A DNA stretch of 64,000 nucleotides from Vicugna vicugna. Taxonomy: Eukaryota. Within the stretch, counting starts at the first letter, position 1; each line of letters opens with the position of its first letter. Of this stretch, positions 11,650-24,656 are shown piece by piece. The notes below the pieces were generated by a model. The model was not told the origin of the DNA. It did no database searches and saw only the letters and a list, made by a program, of their open reading frames with translations. The stretch lies in assembly GCA_013265495.1 (NCBI GenBank), contig MU058423.1:4882793-4946792 (forward strand). The letters are read 5' to 3'. Both the position numbers and the translations under genes were made by a program.

Positions 11650-13860
11650 TTTATCTCAACATTGCATTATGAAAATTATCAAACATACAGAAAAATTGTA
11701 AGAAATACCTTTGAACACGCATATTACCTCCTACTTAGATTTCACAATCAACATTTTGTTTTATATCACTTATCTATCTACCCATCTACCCACCCACAAG
11801 CCCTTTTTTAAAATTCATTTCAAAGTAAATAATAGACAACCTTACATTTTACCTCTAAATCCTTCAGCCTGCTTGTAAGTTAGTGTGTGTTTTCTTTTTC
11901 TTTTAGGTAAGATTAACAAAGAGTGAAATGCAGAAATCTTAAGTATGCTAGTCATTAAGTTTTGACAAATACGTACACTGGTGTAACTCAAAATTATCCA
12001 AATACCAGCCCACAAATTTCCCTCATTTCTCTTCCCAGTCAATCCCAACTTCCTACCCTTTCAGCTGTGATCATTGTTCCGTTTTGCTATTATTTTTTAA
12101 CCATAACTTTGTTTTGCCTTTCTTAAAACTTCTTATAAATGGAATCACAAAGTACATTCTCTTTCGTGAAGGCTTCTTTCACTCAGAATAACAGTTCTGA
12201 GATTCAACCATGCTAGCGCATGTAGCAGTAGTTTGTTCTTTTTAATGTTAAGTTGTGTTTCATCATATTAATATAGCACACTGTTCTTCCATTCTGCTAA
12301 TAGAAACCAGGGCTATTTCTAGTGTCAGGGCTATTCCGTATTATGAACAAAGCTTCTATCAACGTCCTTATTTGAGCTTTATTTAAAAAAAATTTTTTTT
12401 ATTGAAGTACAGTCAGTTACAATGTGTCAGTCTCTGGTGTACAGCACAATGTCCCAGTCATGCATATATATTTATATATTTGTTTTCATGTTCTTAAGGT
12501 TATTACAAGATACTGAATATAGTTCCCTGTGCTATACAGAAGAAACATGTTTTTTCCATCTATTTTTATATATAATGGCTCATATTTGCAAATCTCAAAC
12601 TCCCAAATTTATCCCTTCCCACCCCCTTTCCCCCGTAACCACAAGATTGTTTACTATGTCTGCGAATCTGTTTCTGTTTTGTAGATGAGTTCATACTGTC
12701 CTTTTTCGTTTTTAGATTCCACATATGAGTGATATCATATGGTATTTTTCTTTCTCTTTCTGGCTTACTTTACTGAGAATGACAGTCTCTAGGTTCATCC
12801 ATGTTGCTGCAAGTGGCAGTGTTTTAGTCTTTTTCGTGGCGGAATAGTTTTCCATTGTATAAATATACCACAACTTCTTCATCCAGTCATCTGTCGAGGG
12901 ACATTTAGGTTGCTTCCACGTCGTGGCTATTGTGTATAGTGCTGCTATGAGCATTGGGGTGCATGTGTCATTTCGAATTAGAGTTCTTTTCAGATATACA
13001 CCCAGAAGTGGGATTGCTGGATCATATCGTAAGTCTATTTTTAATTTTTTGAGGACTCTTCATACTGTTTTCCATAATGGCTGCACCAAACTATATTCCT
13101 ACCAACAGTGTAGGAGGGTTCCTTTTTCTCCACAGCCTCTCCAGCATTTATCATTTGTGGACTTTTGAATGATGGTCATTCTGACTGGTGTGAGGTGATA
13201 CCTTGTTGTAGTTTTGATTTGCATTTCTCGGATAATTAGTGATTTTGAGCATTTTTTCATGTGTCTGTCGGCCATTTGTATGTCTTCATTGGAGAATTGC
13301 TTGTTTAGGTCTTCTGCCCATTTTTGGATTGAGTTGTTTGTTTTTTTTGTTATTAAGTTGTATGAGCTATTTATATATTGTGGAAATTAAGCCTTTGTCA
13401 GTTACATCATTTGCAAATATTTTCTCCCATTCCATAGGTTGTTTTTCTTGTTTTGCTTATGGTTTCCTTTGCTGTGCAAAAGCTTGTAAGTTTAATTAGG
13501 TCCCATTTGTTTATTTTTGCTCTTATTTCGGTTGTTTAGGAAGACTTCCCTAGGAGAATATTGCTAAGATTTATGTCAAAGGATGTTTTGTTTATGTTTT
13601 CTTCTAGGAGATTTATCATGTCTTGCCTTATATTTAAGTCTTTAAGCCATTTGAGTTTATTAGAAGCCTTTTGTTGATGCTAGCTTTCATTTCTTTGGGG
13701 TAAATATATAGGGATTATTGGATTAGGACATAAGTGTGTATTTACTTTTATAAGAAAGTGTTGGAACTTTTCCCCCCAAATTTGTATTGCTCTGCACATT
13801 CACCAGCAATGCATGAGAATTTGAGGTTCTCCATAGGCTCACCAATACTCAGCGATATCA
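11650..13860 (-). mobile_element. Old L1 3' region(s) (L1M-type) split by a young L1
   Basis: Typical antisense L1M 3'UTR text (AAATGGAATCACAAAGTACATTC...; TATGAACAAAGCTTCTATCAAC) continues after 13661 (GCTTTCATTTCTTTGGGGTAAATATA...). Confidence 0.75.
12385..13661 (-). mobile_element. Young camelid-type L1, 5'-truncated (about 1.27 kb)
   Basis: ORF 12712-12954 ([33 protein letters not shown]...) is L1 ORF2. There is a poly-T at the left end and a near-TSD, ATTTGAG(C)TTTATT, at 12370-12383 and 13649-13661. Confidence 0.95.
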
Positions 13861-14569
13861 GTGACTAAAAAAACTTTAATCTACTTGAGTTTTACCCAGG
13901 GTCAAGGAAAAATGACTTTTGGAAGCAAAGGTGTAGAAAAAAGTATTTATTTTGTAATTTCACACTAGGATGTCTAGTTTATTCAGTAACTTAATTATAT
14001 TTTTGTAATAATACCATATTTTATCTAAAAGTATATTTTACTCCAAAGTGACATTATACTTTAAGAAAGTACTATTATTAAAAATTATACCATAAAAATA
14101 ATTATTTCATTAGAAAAACTTAGTAAGGAACTGAGTTTCAGAATCCTAAAGTTATTTTTCCCTGTAAGAATATTAATGTAAAGTTTTTAAGAGTTAAAAT
14201 TTATCTTTGTTAAAGCTGAAGTAATAAACAGCAATAAAGTGATTATTAATTTTTAAATATAAGATCAATTAATTTGTTTGATTAAAACTGATCAAAACAA
14301 ATTAAATGCCATTAATTTAATACTTAACAACATGAAAGGCCAGACCAAAACTTATGTTTCTTTACCCGCATTGCCTTCAGTCATTACGGTAACAACCCAA
14401 ACTGAATTTGATTGTTTGAAGGAAAAACACAAAATATACAATACAGTTTGTAACCACCATTTGTTAAAAAAAAAAAAAGGATGTCAGTGAAGAGTCACTC
14501 AGAACTGTTTCACTCTGCTGCATTTGAACAGCTTTTCCTCAAATTTAATAAGTTTGTAACCAGTTGTGT

Positions 14570-14875
14570 TCTCACTGAACCATTCAGCAAGTATTACGGA
14601 GCAACCAGTAAGTGTGGAGACTACAGGAAGAGGCAGAATTGATGACTTACTATGTTTGTTGAGCTTCTGTTCTAGTGGGAAGAGATGGCCAGACAGACAT
14701 ATGTGTCAGGGAGTGACATTAAAATAACTTAACTAAGGAGGGCTGGAGCAGGTGGGTGAGTGTGGTTTCTGACGGGGTAGCGGTGGAAATCCTCTCTGAT
14801 GAGGCGGCATTTGAGCAGGGACCTGAATGATGTGAAGGAGGAGCCAAGTGGATTTAGGAGGGAAGAGCATGTGCA
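14570..14875 (-). mobile_element. LINE-2 3' fragment
   Basis: CATTCAGCAAGTATTACGGAGC...GAGCTTCTGTTCTAGTGGGAAGAGA...GGCATTTGAGCAGGGACCTGAATGATGTGAAGGAG. Confidence 0.8.
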
Positions 14876-16069
14876 CCCCTCTGTACCGCACTGAACAGAC
14901 ACTAATTCTGGTGCCCCCATGTGTCTTTATCTTGTTACCATACTCACCAGTCCCTTAGTATTTTTTCTCTCCTAATTGAGTACAAAATCTTAGTACTTTT
15001 AATCTATTTCCATTATATTCTTATTGTTCATCTTTAAGTAAAATTATCCCTATGTTAGTAGAACAGGTCAATATTTTAATTTGGCTTAAGTTTAAACAGC
15101 CTCATTTACAAATGTGGAGATGTAAGATGCCACCTGCTTAAGCTACTGATGTTTAACTTTATTCTTAGAAACTACCACTGTAATATTATATATTCTTTAA
15201 AGTAAATGTTATTTTGTTTTGTCATGAACTGTTCTTAGCCAAGAATTTGTGCACTTATTGGTTTGAATCTGTTTTACATATTAAACAGTAATGGTTAAAA
15301 GAAACCCATAAAATAAAAATCCAAGCTAAACATCAGTGATGAGAGAAAATGTAAAAATTTTAATAACAGGCATAAAATAGTAAAGTGCTAGTTTATTAGG
15401 TTTAACTGTATGTTCTATGTTTTAGAAAACCATTTGTACAATAAATAATTCACATATTTTCATTTTCATGTTTTTTGATGATGCTATTTTGGTCTTATAC
15501 ATAACTTTAGTAATGAAGAATGTTCTTATTTATGGTAAAGTAAATGAAAATATGGGTATATAGTTAACATTATAAAATACTAATGTTCATTATTTATATA
15601 TTCATGTTTCTGGTAAGTGCAGTGTATATTTTTTTCATTCCTTCTCTATTTTTAAAAAAGCTGTTCTTTTATTCCACTTATGCTACACCACTTCATTACC
15701 TTCTCCAGGGTAAATGAAAACTATATTTTTCTAGAAACTCTTTTGAGATACAATATATCATAACAGTATTTTTCCCAGTGCGTATAATAATCACCTTTTT
15801 ATTTGACCTTTTATAGCCTCTCCTAACCATGTGGCTTGCCAGAGCTTTTAAACTCTCCATCTGTGTATCAGCTCTGACATTACTTTCTCATAACACTCGT
15901 CATAGGTTATCACCATGCTGTGCACTTTTTTCTTCTTACTGGGCCATAGTCTCTTACTTTAAGCTTCCTCATAGTTTGGGACACCTGTAACAGTTACGTT
16001 AATTATTCTAGACCTTAAATTTGATGATGCAATCTTTCCAGTCTGTTGCATGGGATGAGAGGTCACACT

Positions 16070-16275
16070 GAACCTTGAGCACTGGACTTGGAAGTAGACA
16101 GCAGAGTCAGGCTACTTAGCTCTCACCATCATCTACTATCTGGAATGATACTGGAAAAGCCATGCCATCTCTTTGAGTCATCCTTAAATTAATCATGCCA
16201 ATTCCACCTTAGAATTATGAAGATAAACGAATAGAATATGTTTGAAAGTTATATAAACAGTACAGTGCTATGTGG
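16070..16275 (+). mobile_element. MIR fragment
   Basis: GAGCACTGGACTTGGAAGTAGACAG...AGAATTATGAAGATAAACGAATAGAATATG. Confidence 0.55.
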
Positions 16276-16621
16276 ATTTTTATGCTTTATATTGGCTTCT
16301 TCTACTATAAAACTTCAGAAAATATTGGCTATTATGGATATTATGTAAGTAAAGAACAGAGAGAGAGAGCTGTGATAACTTCAGAGATCTTCAGTGCATT
16401 AAAAACCCAGCCCAAAGCCACATTTTAAAAACTAAGAATATGTTGAAATACATTGGGTGGAAAAAAAATTAATGAATGCCTTTAATCTATCTTCATATAA
16501 AGCTGATTAAATTTTTCAAAGGGTTATGGGACAATATTTAAAGGAGTACAATCATGTGTATATAACTGTAGGAAAGGAGAAGGTGATTAAGGTCAGTGCT
16601 CCTTAAGGAGATACACGTGTG

Positions 16622-17233
16622 CATGGTAAGGAGGGTTCTAACATGGCCCCGAGATCCCCAGCCCCTGGTGGATGCACCCTGTGTAATTCCTTCCCCTTGC
16701 ATATGGGCAGAACCTGTGAGTATGATGGACTATCACTTGGATAATTAGGTCACAAATCAATTGACTTTAATTAAAAGCAGATTTTTCTAGGTGGGACTGA
16801 CCTAATCACATGAGCCCTTTAAATCTCAGTCAAGACGTCAGAGACCGCAGAGGAGAAGAGACATTCAAAGCAGAGAGGCCTCTGGGGAGAGGATGGGAGG
16901 AGCTGTGAACTCCTGGCAGGGAACTGTGAGAGGCTCCCAGATGCTGGGTGTCCCCTCCCATCATACCTCCCGCAGCCAGCAAGAAAATGCGGGCCTTAAT
17001 CTTGCAGCCAAAAAAACAAACCAAAAAAACCCTGAATTCTGCCAACTATTAGGTGAGTTTAAAAAGAGGCCCCTAAGCTCCAGAAAGGAATGCAGCCCAA
17101 CTAACTGATTTCATTTGTGAGACCCTGAGCTAACCCTCACCTGGATTCCTGACCCAAGGAAGCTGAGATAACACGTATCTATCATCCTACACTGCTCAGT
17201 TCCTGGTGGTCATGCATACAGGAAAGTAATACG
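16622..17233 (+). mobile_element. MaLR solo LTR (MLT1E-like)
   Basis: TTCTAACATGGCCCCGAGATCCCCAGCCCCTGGTG...CTGACCTAATCACATGAGCCCTTTAAATC...GATTCCTGACCCAAGGAAGCTGAGATAA...GGAAAGTAATAC. Confidence 0.85.
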
Positions 17234-17484
17234 GTGCCCTTTATAATAGGTTACTTCTTTGGATTTTTAAAAAATTATTTAAAATAAAGGCAACTCTGAT
17301 AGATTAATTTAGCAAATGTATATATTTTTAAAAGTTGGTAAAGTTCTTCTACCCTGGTTGTACTTAAAGTTTTTTCTCCTCTTAAAATTTATTACAGTCA
17401 TGTGACGTTTACCCCAGCATCCATGAGAGGAATAATCTCATGTAGTAGCAAGCTGTGAGGCACACGTGTGTGAATACACACTCC

Positions 17485-17637
17485 ATCCTTGTTACTCAGA
17501 GCATCGGCGCTCCGGGAGCTTGTTGGACTCGCAGGGTGTCTGGCCCCACCCCGACCTGCTCAGTCAGAACCTGCATGTTAACCAGACCCCCGGGTGCTAA
17601 TACACTCACATTAAAGTGTGAGGAGTCTGCTCCTATC
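17485..17637. mobile_element. MER5A-like hAT-Charlie MITE
   Basis: GGGAGCTTGTTGGACTCGCAGGGTGTCTGGCCCCACCCCGACCTGCTCAGTCAGAACCTGCATGTTAAC...CACATTAAAGTGTGAGGAG. Confidence 0.8.
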
Positions 17638-18479
17638 TAGTATTTGTTAATAATAAATATCTCAAAGGGGAATCCATTTCCAGGACTCCAGGAGGAAAGT
17701 GACCACCTCCAATAAGGCAGTTTACGGAAAAAAGAATACATGATCTCTATCCGGATATTGGAATTCAGTCACTTAAAAAGTTACCTCTTTTAAAATAACC
17801 ATTACATTTAAGGGTAGAAATTAGGTTACGTATAAATAATAGGGTTTGCTTAGCCCTATTATAGGAAAGGTGCTAAGGAACTGAGAGGATAAGCTGAGAT
17901 CAGCATCTCCCCCCACCCCCACCGAGGCTACACTCCTATTGACTCAAAGCCTCCACTCATAAGGTTAGGTTGTGTGGATTTTAAAAATCCTCTTTAGGTG
18001 ATTCTAATTTATATTTTTAAAACAACTGCTTTTTAAAAAAAAACTAAAATAATATGGTTTTATCTGTCTCTATAACATGCTACATAGTTGCATAATTAAC
18101 TTGAAATTTTTGACACTTTCAGCTTCTTAGTTCCATTGCTGTAGGGCTGGTTTATTGACTTTTTTCTTTTTTTTTTTTGGCTTCCTTTTTTTTAATGTGT
18201 TTTCATTTTATAAATTTATTTTTCTGAACTTATGTTATTGGAAGACCCCTGGTATGGTATTAAATCGTGTATGAGTAATATTAAAAATTATTACATAGTC
18301 TGTAATGAATCAGAAAATTGATTCAGCTTAAAATAATTAAAATAAGGCATAAAAATTCCCTCTTAGTAAATGCATTAAAAATTATGGAATTATTTTATAT
18401 TTAAAAGTTCAGATAATTAAACAATAATTTATTAATGTAATTCAAGGTTAAGCAAAATGGGTCTTGAATCATGTCTACC

Positions 18480-18938
18480 CATGAATCAGATTAGCACAGG
18501 AGGAGTCAGGCGTGGGTTCTAGGCAGCAGAGAAGGGATGAAGTGGCAAAACCATGTGGAGACCAGAACCTGCAGCCCTGAGGCCAGTGTGCATGAAAAGA
18601 GAGCCTCTGATATTGGATGCCTCATCACACACAGGGGTTCTGTTTATGAAGGTTATAAGTAGATGATATTCCCTTTGATAGAATTAACAAAACAGACCTT
18701 AGCAGTGGAAGCACTAGAGGACAGTTCCATGATGAGAGAGAACAAAGGAGAAGAAATGGTGGATGACTGTATATGAGAGCAAGAGAGTTCTTCAAGTGAC
18801 TCCAGCTATCTCCATAAGCACGTCAGCCAAGTAATATATAGTCATTATATATGCATTATCAGTTCTGTTTTCCTGGTCTTTACATGTTACAAAATATATA
18901 ATATTAATTCTGTTTTTCTGGAGAACCTTGACTAACGA
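18480..18938 (+). mobile_element. ERVL LTR remnant with an MLT2-like 3' end
   Basis: Ends in TTCTGTTTTTCTGGAGAACCTTGACTAA. The 5' boundary is uncertain. Confidence 0.5.
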
Positions 18939-19281
18939 GTATTGTAAAAATAAGAGTAGCGATTCGATCTTTCCAAAATAAGACTTCTGCTATTTACTAA
19001 AACATCCTTACACAAGAAATGAAGTTGACTATGACAGGTCCACACGTATCAGTTTTGGGTCTCCTTTTCCACACATGGGATCGCCCCCTATATGCACACA
19101 CACAAATAATTTTCCAGAAATTGTTTTGGGACCCTCAGGTAAGAGAAGCCCTCATATTCATAAGTATATAATATAATCTACAAATGACATATAATCTACA
19201 TATGAAAAGCTGTTAAGTATATATTTGAAAATAAGCAGAGTAACACTACATGAGTCAAACATACATTTAAAAATTTATTCA

Positions 19282-19385
19282 GTGCTCATTTCGGCAGCAC
19301 AGATACTGAATTTGAAACAATACAGAGATTAGCAAGGCCCCTGAGCAAGGATGACAGACCGATTCATGAAGCATTCCATATTTTT
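19282..19385 (+). pseudogene. RNU6 (pseudogene): Full-length U6 snRNA retropseudogene, forming the 5' part of a chimeric retrocopy
   Basis: GTGCTCATTTCGGCAGCACAGATACTGAATTTGAAACAATACAGAGATTAGCAAGGCCCCTGAGCAAGGATGACAGACCGATTCATGAAGCATTCCATATTTTT aligns end to end with U6, with about 15 substitutions and a 3-nt deletion after the ACAGAGA box. Confidence 0.96.
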
Positions 19386-19492
19386 AGTCTTTTTTCTATA
19401 GATAACCCCTTTTTTTTAATCCATTCATCTGTTAATGGACATTGAGTTATTTCCAGGTGTGGGGTATTACAAATAAAGCTGCTTTAAATATT
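19386..19492 (-). mobile_element. Old L1 3' fragment, antisense to the U6 copy and inside the same TSD pair
   Basis: ATCCATTCATCTGTTAATGGACATTGAGTTATTTCCAGG...TATTACAAATAAAGCTGCT matches antisense L1 text, for example positions 228-300 of this window. Confidence 0.85.
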
Positions 19493-20544
19493 TGAAAAAT
19501 AAGATAAAAATATATTCATATTTCTACTTCAAAAATAAATACAGTAAATATAGGTAAGTACATTTCTGAAAAGCCATTCAGATACATATACAGTATCTGA
19601 AAAAGAGAACAGTCACAGTATTTGCTCAGTTTTCCACTTTTAAAATATATATCATGAATTTGTAACAGGTTGATGTCCTTCACTAGAGTACAGAAAAAAG
19701 AAAACAAGACTTTCCTTATTTGCAGTTTGTGGTCCCATCTGCTTCTGAAACCTGGGTAGATTAATTTTCATAGATTTTGGGAGGTTTTTTTTTTTTTTAG
19801 TCTTTTTTACCTAGAATTTGTTTTAATCACCACAAACCAAAAAAATTGTTAAACATGCAGAAGAAATCCATGGGCTATGGCTACGAATTCAGGGGTTCAA
19901 GTTGGTTTGGAAACAGAGTTCTGAATAAGAGGGCAGGAAAAGTATCTCAGAAGTTGACTCTAAGCTCCCTAAGGTCAGGAATAGAGCTTGCCTACTTTGT
20001 GCTATGCCCCAACCCAGGACATAGGATGGAATGTGACCAAGATGATTTCTTATTGAATGAGCTACGTTATGGTCTACATAAATTTGAAGGAGCTCAGTCC
20101 TGAAAAGCCACAGATTTAATTAGAATGTCAAAGTCGTAACAAGTACTCTCTTCAAACATGGTTAAAAATCTTCATTAACCTGATTATAACATGCATGTAA
20201 GGAAGCGATCCTTAACAACAAGAAATCATTGTGGACAAGAGTGCATGCACAATTGATTTTGGTTTGTTTCTACTGAAAGAAGCAGTAACCGATGTGGTCA
20301 ATACGTTTGAGCACCAGGGAAACAACAATGAAAAATAGTATTCTTGTGTCTCCAGAACATTAAAATAGAACTTTAATTATAGATATTTCACTGATAATTA
20401 ATTTGTTGTTGTTAGATGTTATAAATCACGAAAATAAAGGAGAAGCCCTAAAGCCATGTTAAACAACTAAAAATGTATTACACTTCAGATGACTTAAAGG
20501 GAAATGGGAACATGAGATTCACTGCCAATGTATTCTAAAAAAAC

Positions 20545-20625
20545 ATCATTCATTCTTCATTCATTCACTCATTTATATACTCACTAAATATTTACTTCAT
20601 AGCCACTGTGTGTCAAGTACCATAG
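20545..20625 (-). mobile_element. LINE-2 3' tail
   Basis: (CATT)n followed by AAATATTTACTTCATAGCCACTGTGTGTCAAGTAC. Confidence 0.65.
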
Positions 20626-21509
20626 CTATTTTATATAAGTCAAAACATAGAGCTGTGTCTATGTGTGTAAACAGAGTCAGAGTGCATCTCTAAACGCCTT
20701 CTCCCTGTGACCTCCCATGACTGCCTGAAGGTTCTGCCTCCAGTGCGTCTTGTGTGAGAGGAACTGCGAGATCGGGGCTGTATCTTAGTTTCACTACGTG
20801 CTGCATATAGTCAGGACGCAAGGTTGGATTTCATGGTGTCTCCAGGTATAGGTATGTTTGGAAATTGTTCCCCATTGATGAAACTTTTCTGCAAAACTCC
20901 TGCAGAGGTATCAATGTAGATTATATGGATTCTTCCATCACCAATAATTTTGAACTCTGAGTTCTGGGGTACCTGTCACCCTCTTTGGATTCTTAAAGTT
21001 AATAGGTATAAATGAAAATATCTACTTATTTTTAAAAAAACTATCAAAATATCTTGCTGGAGCTGATAACGTTAAGAATAACAGGTACATCTGTGAGTGC
21101 TTATCAGTCTCCAAATTCTAAGTACTGTCAATATGCATTTTCCAGAAAAGGACATGTGATACTGATTGGTTAAGAAACCTCTTGGTGCTGGAAGTTAGAA
21201 ATTATAGGAGAGTCCAGTTCACAAAGCTTTATGTCGCTGCTGTACACACTGCCTCAGTTGGGGGCTTCCTAGTATTTGAGGAACTGATAGTTGATGTTGG
21301 CTAAAAAACCTAGAAATACCCAAACCCTGCCAGGACAATCGCTCTCCTCCCTATCCAGGCTTCAAGGGACGTGCTGTCTACTCCCTTGAACAATAACAAA
21401 CGAGGAAATCAAGGAGTCACTTGATCATTAAGTAAGCGAATTCCCACTAACCCACCACAGAATTCTTAATAAACTGGGCTGAAGTGAGGGTTGTATGCCT
21501 AACCCCTAA

Positions 21510-21720
21510 GTAGTAGTAAAAATAACAATAACCACCCTAATTCCTTCCTTAACATCCTCCAACCACTGTGCTGAACACCTGATATACAGCAGTTACTCTT
21601 CCCAATAACCTCATATGATTCCCATTTTACAGATGAGGAAACTGGTGCGAAGGGTGTTCTGTAATTTGCCATCGTCATGGAGGTAGAGAGCGCCCCTCCC
21701 CCACGTCACCACCAGCCTGC
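21510..21720 (-). mobile_element. MIR
   Basis: CCCATTTTACAGATGAGGAAACTG core. Confidence 0.85.
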
Positions 21721-22994
21721 TTCCAGGCAAAGAGAACTGAGCCGTGTGCGTGCTTCCTCGTGAAAAGATGGTCAGAATACAGGAGGGCCTGGCCTCCTCC
21801 ATCAGCTCGTCTTCGGCCAGTCAGTCACTTGGAGCTGACTTGTCATTATTAGTGTTTTCCCTTCTTGGTTACCAAGGAGTGCTGTTTGAGGAAGAGAGTA
21901 GGGACAAAAGAAAAAAAAAGGGAAAGAGAGAGACCTTCTCTCCTACAACATCTATTAGAAAAACTAAACACTAACTATTTATTTCACATCTGACTTTAAT
22001 GAAGTCCTTAAAAATGAAAACTTTCTAGTTTTATATCTTTCTTACTGTACCTAATGTTTTTTTGTTTTTGTTTCTGTTTTTGTTTTTTTTAATGGCATAA
22101 CCTGCATTGCAAGCTCTGTGCCCTAGAATTTGAACTAAGGTCATTTTTTGTAGTTTAAAAGAAGTTTCTCAGGACTAAATTATAATAATGGTGATTAATC
22201 TGCTTAATACAGAGCATTAAAAATGAATTATAACAATTTTGTTCTAAAAGGTAAGTTAAATTGCCCTTAAAGATTGCCCCATGGCATTTTCCCTCCTCCT
22301 TCCTCTTGTTTATTACCACCTGTTTATTACAAAGGATAAGGCGTAAGTCTCACTTGAATCGCATCACATCTATGAAAAACTTTCCTCATAATCAGAGCAA
22401 ATATTGGAAATAATCGTGTCCAAGGTGGGGAAGAATTTGAAAAAGTGTCATAGATTCAGGATTTAAGGCACTCTTCACGTGACATTAATTCTCGTTCAGA
22501 TGTGTAGACAGCAAGATTGAAGTTCTGTTTGCCATTCATTAGAAGCAGAATATTAAAGAATCGTAAACATGACCAAGTCTCAAAAATTCCTCCCCACTTG
22601 CTTCTGAAATATGAGCCCTGTGGGCATCAGCTGGAAGAGAAGTGTGGTTTAAAGGACCGAGTAGGTGGCTCATGTGTCTGTGTCAAGTTCAGAGTCAGAA
22701 TCATAATAATTTCAAATAGGCACTTGCACTAATCACTGGTACATTACATAGTATTTTTAAAATAGCATGGTGAGAATATCACAGATTTGGAAGATACGAT
22801 TTTAGTTTTGAGTTTTCCTGAACCCTGCAGATTTCTGATGTCTCACAGGTAGAATTAGGTAGAGATGGAAGAATCATTGCACAATGTCTCTTTTAGCTCT
22901 AATATTTCTGTTTCACAATCTGAAGCTGCTAATCCAGTATCTTATAATTACCACCAGGTTCTTTTTCTGTTCTCTTGCTTTTTCTTTCACTTTT

Positions 22995-24615
22995 AGAGAA
23001 AGACTTTTTAAAAGAATACTATACCTAGAAAGGATGTGCAAATCTTAAATGCCAAACTTGGTGCATTTTTATGAAGCAAATACGCTCATGTAAGTAGCAA
23101 CAGATCAAACAAACAAATAAAAAAAAAACAAACCAAGAATATTACCAGCCTTGTGCCCTATACTGAACACTATAACCACAGGGTAACCACTATCTTGACT
23201 TACAACCCATGCTTCTAAAAATATAGCTTGATTTGATTATTTACATAAATGCAATTATCAAGCATGGTTAGCATTGCATTCAACCTACTGGTCGACTCAG
23301 AGGATATTGGCATCTTAATATTAGTGAATCTTTTGACCCAGAAACATGGTATCTCTTTCTGTTTAATTAAATCCTCATTAATTTCTCTCAGCAGTGTGTT
23401 ACATTTTCATGTACTGGTCTAGCACATATTTGGTTCATGTTATACAAAATCACTTCCAAATTTTTGATGCTGTTATAAATGGAATTTTAAATTTTAAATT
23501 CCATTTGCTTGTGGCTAGTAGGTAAGAGTACAATTGAGATTTTAAGCTGACACTGGGTCTTAGAACCTTGCTAAACTCTCTTATTGTTCTAGTAGTTTAT
23601 TTGTAGACTCCCTGAGATTACTTACTTGTATGTTGTGTACAATTAATGTTTGTTCAATTTGTATAACCTCCCCCCTCCCTTTTTCTTGCTTTATAGCACT
23701 TTCTAAGACTTGCAGGAAAATGTTGAATAGGGGTGATGAGGTCAGACTTTCTTAGCTTATTCCTGACTTTAAGGGAGAATAATTCAGCCATTTCCTGTCA
23801 AGTGTGAGATTAGCTATAGGTTTTACACCAAGTTGAGGAAATTTTCACCTACTTCTAGTTTTCTAGTAGTTTTTTAAAAATTATGGCTGCTTAATCTTGT
23901 CAAATGCTTTCTCTGAATCTATTCATATTAACATAGTAACAGTTGTTATTATAATGGTTTACTCGATTAAATTATGAATTTTGAATCAACTTTTCATTCT
24001 TGGCAGAAATTCCACTTGCTGGATTAACAGGTTAATATTTTGTTAAGGGATTTTGTTTCTTTGTCCATGAGGGCTGTTGGTCTGTAGCTTTCTTTGCTTG
24101 TAATACCTTTGTTTTGATTTCAAGGTACAATTAGCCTCATAAAGTGTGTCGAGAAGTATCCCTTACACCTTTCTGGAAGAGTCTTTGTAGATTTTCTTTT
24201 TCTTCAGTATATAGTAGAATACACCAGTGAAGCCATCCAAGACTGGAGTTTTCTTTGTGGGAAAGTTTTTAAGTTAAAAATTCCATTTTTTCAGTTTGCA
24301 TTTCATCTGTGTACTGCAATTCATCACTTCTCACACATGTTGGTCACCTTTCCCGTTAGAATCTTTAACAAATGTAATCACATTTTAAAGTATTTCTCTG
24401 ACAGTTCCAACTTCTGAGCCATGTCTGTTCCTTTCTGTTGACTATTTTCTCTCTTGAAAAAAGATCATTGTTGTCATTGCTGTTGTTTTGTGTGTCTCAT
24501 AATACATTTTTTGATTGAATTCTGTATGTTGGGTGTAACAGAACATTAGGAGCAGAAGTGAATAGTATTTATGCCCAGAAATGGGTAAATGGATATGCAT
24601 CTTATTCTGTCAGGC

Positions 24616-24656
<41 letters not shown>

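Noticed and set aside
19282..19385. Functional U6 gene
   Set aside because: It has many substitutions, a deletion next to the ACAGAGA box, flanking TSDs and no convincing upstream PSE.
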